64,000 nt of DNA from Candidatus Xenobia bacterium (GTDB taxonomy: Bacteria; Vulcanimicrobiota; Xenobia; Xenobiales; QWHO01). Shown piece after piece: positions 44,698 through 53,252 of the stretch. Position numbers and translations under genes: made by a program. The notes beneath the pieces were generated by a model, which worked only from the letters and a program-made list of their open reading frames with translations, was not told the origin of the DNA and made no database searches. Numbering within the stretch: position 1 is the first letter of the stretch; every line of letters begins with the position of its first letter. The stretch covers positions 1-64,000 of the forward strand of contig BTUM01000022.1 of assembly GCA_045863235.1 (NCBI GenBank). Reading direction: 5' to 3'.

Positions 44698-45177
44698 TCA
44701 ATAACAGGTGCCCGGGCTCCAGTACGTCATCGGCGTGCAGATGGGAGCCCGCGGGTAAACCGGGTAGTTGTAGTTGGGGTAGTGCTGGTTCCCGTAGTAA
44801 ACCCCGCCGGGACCGATGACGGTGGTCTCCGACTGCGTGCCCCACGGCGTGGTGCGGGTCCCGTGGCTGTAAACCGAGCCGTCGATGCCCACTCCGGTGG
44901 TCTGGGTGCGGTAACCGCCCCAGGCGTCATAACCGCCGGTCGTGACGGCGCAGCCGGTGGTGCCCAGCAGGGCTCCGCACATCGCCAGCACCGCGGCCGC
45001 TTTGCCGATCCGGCCCAGGCCCTTCTTGGAGGGCTTCTCGTCCGAGCCCGCGCTGATGGAAACCTCATCGCCCGCGGCCACCGGGGCGTTCTCGCCAGTC
45101 GCCTCGGCCGGCTTCTTGCCAGCGGCGCTGGAAACGTAGGCGTTGCTGCTCAGGGCTACGGGGGTCAGGGTATTCAT
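44698..45177 (-). CDS. Small protein: low-complexity leader, internal lipoprotein-like signal, Tyr/Gly/Pro-rich tail
   Basis: GGAGGA RBS; GDEVSIS; KKGLGRIGKAAAVLAMCGALLGTTGC. Confidence 0.75.
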   Translation of the reverse strand: MNTLTPVALSSNAYVSSAAGKKPAEATGENAPVAAGDEVSISAGSDEKPSKKGLGRIGKAAAVLAMCGALLGTTGCAVTTGGYDAWGGYRTQTTGVGIDGSVYSHGTRTTPWGTQSETTVIGPGGVYYGNQHYPNYNYPVYPRAPICTPMTYWSPGTCY

Positions 45178-45276
45178 CGGATATTCCTCCACCAGAACCA
45201 GGATGTCTTCTCTTTGCCCGCAGTGTAGATCCAGATCCTGAAGGGAAGCTGAAAGGCGCGGTCCAATGAGCAGATT

Positions 45277-47103
45277 ATGCAGGAAGCCGACCCCGGGCAG
45301 TACATCGAACGCGTCAGTCTGGCCACGGGCGAGGTGCTCGAAGGCCCTATCGAGCCAGACGAGCTGTTGGTGCGCAAGCACCGCGACTACCATATCGTGG
45401 ACGTCTACGCCCGCTCTTTGATGAGCTGGCTGGTCAAGACGGGAGACGAGGAGCACGCTCGCTCTACCATGAAGCGCGTGCGCAGCTTCGGCAAGAAGAC
45501 TGCCGAGATGCTGGCCAGGGCGGTGGGGGCCAAGGACCCCAAGAAGATTGGGGAGGCCCTCTTTGGCCTCAAGCGGCGCGAGTTCTACTTCCGCTACAAG
45601 CGCCAGCGCCTCAAGAAGCAGGAGATCGAAGCGCGACTCGAGCGTCTGCGCCAGGAGGCCCGTGAGCAGCTTGAGAAATCGAGCGGGCTGAGGGTCTTGC
45701 TCACGGGCGGCACCGGATTCGTCGGCAAGGAAGTCATGTGCCAGGCCGCTCGCGACGACCAGGTCAGTGAGATGGTGGTGCTGATCCGTCCCAAGGTCAT
45801 CAAGAATCGCCGCACCGGCGAGGTGGAGCAGGTGCTGACCCCCACAGACCGGGGACGAGAGCTCCTGCGCGAGCTGTGGCTCGACGACCCGAAGCTGGCC
45901 CGCAAGTTCCGCTTCATCGACGGCGACATCGAGAAGCCCGGCCTGGGGATCAGCCCCGAGGACCTGAAGGTGCTCGAGCGCACCCTCACCCACGTCATTC
46001 ACTGTGCCGCCAGCGTGGCCTTCGACGATCCTTACCTCGAGTCGTATCGGGCCAACGTGCTGGGCAGCCTGAACGCCCTCAACTTCTCGCTGGGCCTTCA
46101 GTACGCCCAGGACAGCCCCTTCGTGGCTCACCTTTCCATCGAGACCGCCTACATCCACGGGCGCCAGGTGCGCCAGGAGGCGCGCGAGGAGGACGTGGTC
46201 TTCCCGCGCAACTTCTACAACAACTTCTACGAGCTCACCAAGGCCTTCGGCTCGATTGAGACCGAGCGCTTCATGCTCGATGAGGGCCTGCGGGTGGTGC
46301 AGCTTTGTCCCGCCATCGTGATCGGAGACAGCCGCACGGGCAACAACCGGGGGGACCAGAAGGTGGTCAACGCTCCCGTCAATGCCTTCGGTCGCGCCAA
46401 GGAGGCGCTGCGTGAGAGCCAGGGCGACTTCCTCAAGTTCGGCAAGACCTGGGTTCTCTACAAGATGGCCAGCATTTTCCCGGGCGACCCTTCCGCCCAG
46501 CTCAACCTGATCCCGGTCGACTGGGTGGCCCGCGGCATCGTGGCCGCCCTCAAGCGCCCCGAGGCGGTGGGCGAGCGCATTCACCTGGCCACCGACAACC
46601 GCATCACCGCTCAGGACATGCAAGACATCCTGCGCGACGAGCTGCGCGTGGACGTCAAGTTGACCGAGCCCACCATGCACCGGGCCGTGCAACTGCCAAT
46701 GTTCACCAAGTTCCTGGAGACCATCCGTCAGCGCAACCTGGCTCGCGCCTTGAGAAAGCTGGGAACCATCTTCGGGGGCTACTCCGAGTGGGGCCAGCCC
46801 ATCCACGCCGTGGGCCATGACGTCAGGGTGCTGGGGTTGCCCGAGCAACGCCCCAACACCGAGGCCGCCTTCCGTATGCTGTGCCGGCACAACAAGTACG
46901 TCCAGCAGTTCGGCAAGCTGCGCGACCCCCTCGAGCTTGCCCGCCGCGAGAAGCTTTGGAGCGAGTTCATCCAGTCCCTGGAAGAGCGCACCGGCCAGCC
47001 GGCCAGCTCGCTCTCCTCCACCGAGTTCCGCAAAGCCCTCAAAGCCGAGCTCGATCTTGAGCTGTTTCAGCCCCTGACCAGGGAGAGCCCTGCAGGGTGT
47101 TGA
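45277..47103 (+). CDS. Fatty acyl-CoA reductase-like extended SDR (NAD_binding_4)
   Basis: TGGTGFVG, GDI, HCAASVAF, ETAY, YELTK, PAIVIG, IPVDWV. Confidence 0.85.
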   Translation: MQEADPGQYIERVSLATGEVLEGPIEPDELLVRKHRDYHIVDVYARSLMSWLVKTGDEEHARSTMKRVRSFGKKTAEMLARAVGAKDPKKIGEALFGLKRREFYFRYKRQRLKKQEIEARLERLRQEAREQLEKSSGLRVLLTGGTGFVGKEVMCQAARDDQVSEMVVLIRPKVIKNRRTGEVEQVLTPTDRGRELLRELWLDDPKLARKFRFIDGDIEKPGLGISPEDLKVLERTLTHVIHCAASVAFDDPYLESYRANVLGSLNALNFSLGLQYAQDSPFVAHLSIETAYIHGRQVRQEAREEDVVFPRNFYNNFYELTKAFGSIETERFMLDEGLRVVQLCPAIVIGDSRTGNNRGDQKVVNAPVNAFGRAKEALRESQGDFLKFGKTWVLYKMASIFPGDPSAQLNLIPVDWVARGIVAALKRPEAVGERIHLATDNRITAQDMQDILRDELRVDVKLTEPTMHRAVQLPMFTKFLETIRQRNLARALRKLGTIFGGYSEWGQPIHAVGHDVRVLGLPEQRPNTEAAFRMLCRHNKYVQQFGKLRDPLELARREKLWSEFIQSLEERTGQPASSLSSTEFRKALKAELDLELFQPLTRESPAGC

Positions 47104-47116
47104 ATTTTCAAGGAGC

Positions 47117-48028
47117 ATGTTGACGCGCCGGGTGAGCCCCCAGTGCACCATGATGAGCTTTGTCATCCGCCGGCTGGTGAAGGCCCGCTCGCGCGGCCAC
47201 ATTGACGTTCCCTACGTGCGCCGCTGGATCCGCTTCCTCATGGGGGTGCACAACCTCAGCCTGTTCAACGTCAGCTTCGCGCCCGTTCACGAGCAGGGTA
47301 TCCGAGCCGAATGGGCCCTGCCACCCAAAGGCTCCTCCTGCCGGGCGATCCTCTACTTTCACGGCGGGGGCTACTTCTTCTGCTCGCCCGAGACCCATCG
47401 CCCCATCACCGCCGGTCTGGCCCACTTCAGCGGGGCGCAGACGCTGGCCGTGCGCTACCGGCTGGCGCCCGAGCACCCCTATCCGGCCGCCCTGGAAGAC
47501 GGGCTGAACGCCTATCGCTGGTTGCGCGACAGGGGCTTTCGGCCCGATCAGATCGCCCTGGCCGGCGACTCGGCCGGGGGCGGCCTGGCCCTGGCGATCC
47601 TGATCGCCTTGCGCGACCAGGGCGAGCCCCTGCCGGCCGCGGCCACCGTCTTCTCGCCCTGGACCGACCTGGCTTGCACCGGTCATTCCCTCGACCACAA
47701 CGACCGCCACTGCATCATGTTCAGTGGCGAAGGCATCCGCCGCGCCGTCAACCTCTACGTCGGTCAGGAAGACCCCCGCCATCCTACCCTCTCGCCCCTC
47801 TACGCCGATCTTTCCGGGCTTCCCCCGCTCTTGCTGCACGTGAGCGACAACGAGGTGCTGCTCGACGACTCCACCCGCTTTGCCCGCAAGGCCCAGCAGC
47901 ACGGGGTGACCACCCGGCTCAAGGTGTGGCAGGGCCAGCCCCACGTCTGGCAGCTCTTTGCCCCCGTCATGCCCGAGGGGCGCCAGTCGCTGGCCGAGGC
48001 CGGCGAGTTCATCCGGCGCTTCGTGTAG
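47117..48028 (+). CDS. HSL/Aes-family esterase
   Basis: HGGGY, YRLAPEHP, GDSAGG, HVW. Confidence 0.93.
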   Translation: MLTRRVSPQCTMMSFVIRRLVKARSRGHIDVPYVRRWIRFLMGVHNLSLFNVSFAPVHEQGIRAEWALPPKGSSCRAILYFHGGGYFFCSPETHRPITAGLAHFSGAQTLAVRYRLAPEHPYPAALEDGLNAYRWLRDRGFRPDQIALAGDSAGGGLALAILIALRDQGEPLPAAATVFSPWTDLACTGHSLDHNDRHCIMFSGEGIRRAVNLYVGQEDPRHPTLSPLYADLSGLPPLLLHVSDNEVLLDDSTRFARKAQQHGVTTRLKVWQGQPHVWQLFAPVMPEGRQSLAEAGEFIRRFV

Positions 48029-48035
48029 GCGCAAG

Positions 48036-49376
48036 GTGGCCAGCAAGCCCCGCACCATTCCGCTGACCAACGCCGACGCCGCCTGGCTGCACATGGAGGA
48101 GCCCAACAACCCCATGATGGTCACCGGCATGTTCTTGTTCGACCGGCCGGTCGACCACGAGTGGTTGCGCTTCACGCTGGAGAGGCGTTTGCTGCGCTAT
48201 GAGCGATTTCGCATGAAGGTCGAGTTTCCCGTGCTCGGCCGTCCCCGCTGGACGCTGGACAAACAGTTCGACATCGACCGGCACCTGGTATCCTGGCGTT
48301 TGCCCCCTCAGTCCGGCGAGAGCGACCTGCTCGAGTTCGTCAGCGACCTGATGAGCAGCCCGTTGGACCAGAGCGTTCCCCTGTGGCAGCTCCACCTGGT
48401 GCAAGACTTCCAGGGCGGCTCGGCTCTCATCGCCCGCCTGCATCATTGCATTGCCGACGGCATCGCCCTCATGCGGGTGCTGCTCGATCTTACCGACCCC
48501 GAGCCCTCCCCTCCGGTCGAGCGCGACGAGCAGCCCGAGGTGCGCGAGTCGCCCCGCCGCCGCAAGGGCCCCAAGATGCACGCCAGCCGCGAGATCACGG
48601 TGCGCCCCATGGAGATGATCGACGTGGCCCGAAAGCACCTGGCCGCGGCCGGCAACCTGGGCAAGATGCTGCTGCTCGAGGGTGAGCCCGTGACGCCCCT
48701 GCGAGGTCCGCTCGGGCCCCGCAAGCGGGCCGCCGTCTCGCGGGCCATACCGCTGGAAGAGGTCAAGGCGGCCCGGCGCCGCATCGGCGGCACCGTCAAC
48801 GACATCCTGGTGGCCGCCCTGACGGGAGGGCTCAAGCGCTACCTGGGCCGGCGAGGCTTCGAGCCCGGTCCCGAGGTTTCGGTGCGGGCCGTGGTTCCGG
48901 TCGACCTGCGCCAGCCCCATCACGCCGACCTGGGCAACCGCTTCGGCATGGTCTTCCTGGCCCTGCCGGTGGGCCTGGAGACCCCCGCCGAGCAGTTCGC
49001 CGAGGTCAAGCGCCGCATGGACGCCCTCAAGAGCGGTCCCCAGGCGGTGGTAGTCTTCGGCCTGCTCAGCGCCGTGGGCACCATTCCGGCCGAGCTTCAG
49101 ACCCGGGTGGTGGAGTTCTTCGGCTCCAAGTCGACCCTGGTGGTGACCAACGTGCCCGGTCCCGACAAGCAGCTCTACCTGGCCGGCCAGGCCATTACCG
49201 GCTTGATGTTCTGGGTGCCCCAGTCGGGCCGCCTGGGGCTGGGGGTGAGCATCTTGAGCTACGGAGGCCAGGTGCGGGTGGGGGTGGCCTGCGACGACCG
49301 CCTGGTGACCGACCCGGAGACACTGGTGGAGGATTTCCACGCCGCCTTCGACCAGCTTGTTGATCGGGATCACTGA
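48036..49376 (+). CDS. Wax ester synthase/diacylglycerol acyltransferase
   Basis: DAAWLHME, PLWQ, HHCIADG, TVND, TNVPGP. Confidence 0.94.
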   Translation: MASKPRTIPLTNADAAWLHMEEPNNPMMVTGMFLFDRPVDHEWLRFTLERRLLRYERFRMKVEFPVLGRPRWTLDKQFDIDRHLVSWRLPPQSGESDLLEFVSDLMSSPLDQSVPLWQLHLVQDFQGGSALIARLHHCIADGIALMRVLLDLTDPEPSPPVERDEQPEVRESPRRRKGPKMHASREITVRPMEMIDVARKHLAAAGNLGKMLLLEGEPVTPLRGPLGPRKRAAVSRAIPLEEVKAARRRIGGTVNDILVAALTGGLKRYLGRRGFEPGPEVSVRAVVPVDLRQPHHADLGNRFGMVFLALPVGLETPAEQFAEVKRRMDALKSGPQAVVVFGLLSAVGTIPAELQTRVVEFFGSKSTLVVTNVPGPDKQLYLAGQAITGLMFWVPQSGRLGLGVSILSYGGQVRVGVACDDRLVTDPETLVEDFHAAFDQLVDRDH

Positions 49377-49431
49377 ACAGACTGGTCAGATGGGTCTAAG
49401 CTGAGGTATCATCAGCTGAGGAGGTCGTCCC

Positions 49432-49854
49432 GTGAGCATGGCATTCTTGAACCGCAGGCTGGACGAGCTGGCCGAAGTGCAATCGCACGAGTTTCGCCTG
49501 ATCATGGGCGCTCTGGCCCAGCATAAACGCCAGTTTGGGACGATGCAGCAGTCCATGGGAGAGATGCAGCAGACTGTCGGCCAACTCCAGCAGACCGTCG
49601 GCCAACTCCAGCAGACTGTCGGCCAACTCCAGCAGACTGTCGGCCAGCTCCAGCAGACTGTCGGCCAACTCCAGCAGACCGTCGGCAATGTGCAAGATTC
49701 CATCGGCGAGATCAACGAAACCCTCGAGCAGCTCAGCTCGTCCTCCGATCTGCAGGCCCAGGCCATGGAACGCTACAATGCCGTCGCCGAAGAGCGCTTT
49801 GCCCTTCTGCGCCGGGTCCTGGCCGAGCACGAGCACGACGACCCGGCCGCCTGA
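49432..49854 (+). CDS. Coiled-coil heptad-repeat protein
   Basis: GAGGAGG RBS; QQTVGQL heptads. Confidence 0.75.
   Translation: MSMAFLNRRLDELAEVQSHEFRLIMGALAQHKRQFGTMQQSMGEMQQTVGQLQQTVGQLQQTVGQLQQTVGQLQQTVGQLQQTVGNVQDSIGEINETLEQLSSSSDLQAQAMERYNAVAEERFALLRRVLAEHEHDDPAA
49567..49686 (+). repeat. 21-bp tandem repeat, about 5.7 copies
   Basis: cagcagactgtcggccaactc units. Confidence 0.92.
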
Positions 49855-49894
49855 TTTCAGCTTTTTTTCAGCCCCCCGGTCTACCAAGACGGGT

Positions 49895-50287
49895 ATGAAC
49901 GTCTGCTGCCGCCCCGCCCCGAGCTACGGGCCCTACTATCCCCCGCCCTACTATCCACCGCCCTGTCCCCCCCCGTGGCAGGAGCCTCCCCGGGAGCACT
50001 CCGCGCTCTCGCGAGCCGGTGGCGCCCTGTGGGGCGGCGCGGTGGGCTGGGAGGCTGGCTGCACCGCCGGCCAGATCGTCTTCGGACCTCCCGGCGCGCT
50101 GGTCTTCGGCGTGACCGGCGCGGCCTACGGGGCCATTCGCGGCTGCCAGGAGGGCTTCGCCACCACCTTCTGCACCACCGTGGGAGCTGGCCTGGGAGCC
50201 CAGGTGGGCATGCAATGCGCCGGCCTGTTTGGCGGCGTAGCCGGCCTCATCGTGGGCGGCTACGTGGGCTACAAGCTCGCCAACTGA
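49895..50287 (+). CDS. Glycine-zipper membrane protein with Cys/Pro/Tyr-rich N-terminus
   Basis: MNVCCRPAPSYGPYYPPP; repeated GxxxGxxxG. Confidence 0.7.
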   Translation: MNVCCRPAPSYGPYYPPPYYPPPCPPPWQEPPREHSALSRAGGALWGGAVGWEAGCTAGQIVFGPPGALVFGVTGAAYGAIRGCQEGFATTFCTTVGAGLGAQVGMQCAGLFGGVAGLIVGGYVGYKLAN

Positions 50288-50366
50288 CCGTCAGCGGGCA
50301 CGAGATCTGCACTCATTCCCGGACGAGCTGCGCCCGCTCTGCGCGCAACCCGCCGGTTCTGCTACC

Positions 50367-53057
50367 CTAAGAACGAGTGCGCAAACGCACCCCGCCCACT
50401 GTGACCCCACCCCGGCTGACCTGAACCCCGCCCGCGACCTGACCCTCGTCGGCCGGGCCCCGCGTCAGCGCCTTCAAAGCGTCGCTCAGGCTGCTGCTGG
50501 ATAGATAGCTCTTGAGGAAGCTGTCGGTGGCCTGACCCAGCTCGCGGCCGGTCCAGGCTCCATCTCGCACGCTGCCCACCAGGGCCTGGTAAGCCTGACG
50601 GCTGGCCTCGACCCCCTCGCTCGGCTCCAGGGCGTGCCGCAGCCGTGACAGAGCCTCCAGGCGCTCATCCAGGCTCGAGCCGGGCAGACTTTCCCCGGTG
50701 AGCAGCTGGTAGTCGGGAGCCACCGGGCCATCCCCCAGCGCGGCGTGCAGGCGAGCGGCCATCAGCTGACGTTGTTCGAACGGCTCGGGAGGCTGGCGCA
50801 GGCTCTCGAGGGCCCGCTTTGGATCGCCCTGCAGGTCAAGCTCCACCTGCAACCGCTGCACCAGCTCCGAGCCTCCAATCTTGCCGAGCTGGCCGCTCTT
50901 CAGCTCGGTCAGAAGGGCCCGGGCATCCTTGCTGCTCAGCTTGCGATTGAGGTCGGCCAGAGTTTGGGCGTCCTCCAGCAGCTTGCGGTCGCTCAGCCCG
51001 AGCAGGAAGCGATAGTCGCTCAGCGAGGACTCCACGCCGGTCCCGAAGTTGACGGTGCCCTGCTGGGGATCGAAGAAGGCGTTCAGGTTGATCCCGCTGA
51101 CCGGCTCGTGCTCCGGCCGCCACAACATCTGCTCGGCCTTCTCGCGAAGCTCGAGCGGCTCGGGCAGCTCGGGGCATCCGCCCGGCTGCAGGCACTTGAG
51201 AGCCGTTTCGGTATCCCCCGCCAGGCGCTCCTCGCGCAGGAACCGGTCGGTCACCGTGGCGGGATCACCGGGGTGGGCCAGCAGCCTGGGGAAGAGCTCC
51301 AGGGCCGTCTTGTCGTCCAGGCGCTTGATCAGAGCGCCCAGAGCTTCCCCCGCCCGGGCCAGGTCCCTCTCGGGAGGATGCAGCTCGAGCAGGCGAGCGA
51401 AGATCTGAGTCGGGCGCTGGGGCCTGGGGACCCACTTCTGCCGGTCCTCAAAGAGGCGGCCCATGGGGCCGGCCATGCTCGTCCCCGACATGCTCGCCAC
51501 CCGATCCTGGGCCGTCACCGCCCCGGCCACGGCCTGGTAGGCCTTCAGCGCCTCGGGATAGGGTGCCCCGCAGCCTCTCAGAAGCTGGTCGGCCTCCAGG
51601 GAGTCCTGAAAGCGCCCTCCCAGACGGCCCAGCACAAGCAGCCGCTCGCGATCTTCCGAGCCGTGCCCGTGGAAGTGGGCCACTGCGGGGGCCAGCCACT
51701 CGGGTTTCAAACCCTGCTCGGCTCGCAGCTCGAGGAAAGGCTCCACCAGGGCCTCCATCGGGCAGGTGGGAGAAGCGGCTGCGGCCAGTCGCCGCATGTC
51801 GGCCAGGGCCTCGGTCTCCTCCGGCTCGCCCATACCCCACAGCCTCAGGCCCAACCTCGCGGTCTCGTCCGGGTGATCCTTATGAAAAGCCTTGAGGCGC
51901 TCGTAAAGAGCCAGCTTGCCCTCCACGCTCTGGCCACTGGGGACGGCCAGGATGTCCAGCGTGGTCTTGCGCTCGGCCACCGGAAGCTCGAGCAGGTGCT
52001 CGCGGCGGTACTCCCTGGCCTGCTCGAAATCGGGTCCCAGCTGGAGCAGTCCGTCCGGTCCCAGCGGGGCCGGGGTCCAGGCCACACCGTCCAGAGCCAC
52101 CTGGAAGACCGCTTTCGGATTCGAGCGCAGGCCGGCGTGGACGGCCATCGCGTCCTCGGACTGGGCCACCGTCCCGATGAGGCTGAAGGTCGGGTCGGAG
52201 GGCAGGAACTGCACCCCCGAGCGAGCCAGCTCGCGCAACTGGCAGGCCAGCGGGTCGCGGTCCAGCTCCGGATGAGGCTCGCCCAGGTAGAAGAAGCAGG
52301 CTGCCTCCAGCGATTTCAGCTGACACGGGCGAGTGGCGTGGGGGCCCTGCACCCACACGTTGGTCAGCGTTCCCCGGGCAGCCTCGCGGTGAGCCCCGTA
52401 GACTCCGGCCGGGCGGGGGGGGTCGTGGGGCTTGATCCGCCCATCATCGAGGGGCCAGATGTCCTTGAGCGAATCCGGGTCCGCCGTGTCGATGACCACG
52501 ATCTTGGCGTGCAGCAGGCCCTTCTGGGCTTCGGGTACCCGGTAGTTGGACCCGGCCAGCAGCAGCTTGACGCCCCCTTCCTTCTCCAGCCGGGCGAACG
52601 TCGCGGCCGCCCGCGGGTCGGTCATGGCCGAGAACTCCTCGCGGGCCGCGTGCGAGAGGTCCTTGAGGTCCTGGAAGCTGGAGACGGGAATGCGCTCGAC
52701 GTTCATGGCCGGCAGGAGGGAGAACGGCTTCTCCGTGGGCTCGGAGCTGCGCTGGCTCACCTGCAGCTCGCCCTCCGGCCATGAGCTGAGCGCTTCGAGG
52801 CTGACCTCTTTCTTGCCATCACTGAGGACGTAGCCGCCTGCCTTGAGGTCGGTTGCCAGGGCGCAGAGCTCGGCCCCCAGTGGAGGGGGACAGAGAGCCC
52901 AGGCGACCGCCGCCTCGATCCCGGTGCGCGGCGCCGGCGAGAAGTTCAGGTTGCCGCCCAGGATGACCTGGTCCGGGGAGGCGCTCTCGGGAGTGCTGGC
53001 AGCCCGCGCGGGAGCCGTCCAGGGAGTGAGCGGGGAGCCAAGGGAGGGAACCTGCAT
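50367..53057 (-). CDS. Large hypothetical protein (896 aa)
   Basis: Long GC3-biased ORF; start MQVPSLG; PDQVILG leader motif; C-terminal GGVTVGGVRLRTRS. Confidence 0.8.
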   Translation of the reverse strand: MQVPSLGSPLTPWTAPARAASTPESASPDQVILGGNLNFSPAPRTGIEAAVAWALCPPPLGAELCALATDLKAGGYVLSDGKKEVSLEALSSWPEGELQVSQRSSEPTEKPFSLLPAMNVERIPVSSFQDLKDLSHAAREEFSAMTDPRAAATFARLEKEGGVKLLLAGSNYRVPEAQKGLLHAKIVVIDTADPDSLKDIWPLDDGRIKPHDPPRPAGVYGAHREAARGTLTNVWVQGPHATRPCQLKSLEAACFFYLGEPHPELDRDPLACQLRELARSGVQFLPSDPTFSLIGTVAQSEDAMAVHAGLRSNPKAVFQVALDGVAWTPAPLGPDGLLQLGPDFEQAREYRREHLLELPVAERKTTLDILAVPSGQSVEGKLALYERLKAFHKDHPDETARLGLRLWGMGEPEETEALADMRRLAAAASPTCPMEALVEPFLELRAEQGLKPEWLAPAVAHFHGHGSEDRERLLVLGRLGGRFQDSLEADQLLRGCGAPYPEALKAYQAVAGAVTAQDRVASMSGTSMAGPMGRLFEDRQKWVPRPQRPTQIFARLLELHPPERDLARAGEALGALIKRLDDKTALELFPRLLAHPGDPATVTDRFLREERLAGDTETALKCLQPGGCPELPEPLELREKAEQMLWRPEHEPVSGINLNAFFDPQQGTVNFGTGVESSLSDYRFLLGLSDRKLLEDAQTLADLNRKLSSKDARALLTELKSGQLGKIGGSELVQRLQVELDLQGDPKRALESLRQPPEPFEQRQLMAARLHAALGDGPVAPDYQLLTGESLPGSSLDERLEALSRLRHALEPSEGVEASRQAYQALVGSVRDGAWTGRELGQATDSFLKSYLSSSSLSDALKALTRGPADEGQVAGGVQVSRGGVTVGGVRLRTRS

Positions 53058-53252
53058 CGAGACCCTTATTCGTTTGGAGCCCGCTCGCCCCCTGTCCCGC
53101 CTGATTTGGACCCGCACGCCGGCAGGCTCCAACTCGAAGAAGGATCATGTCCGCTTCCGAGCCGGATCACGACGAACGTGCGTTCCGGGCTCCAACTCGA
53201 GGACGGATCATGATCCATGGACAGACCCGGGCCCGCCGGCTACAATGCCGCA

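Noticed and set aside
44698..47202. 834-aa minus ORF
   Set aside because: Mostly antisense to the reductase; only 44698-45177 has an RBS and a plausible product
45178..53110. Sigma28 promoters upstream of the other leader-bearing genes (45177, 49895, 53057)
   Set aside because: Matches to TAAA-N15-GCCGATAA are too weak to support
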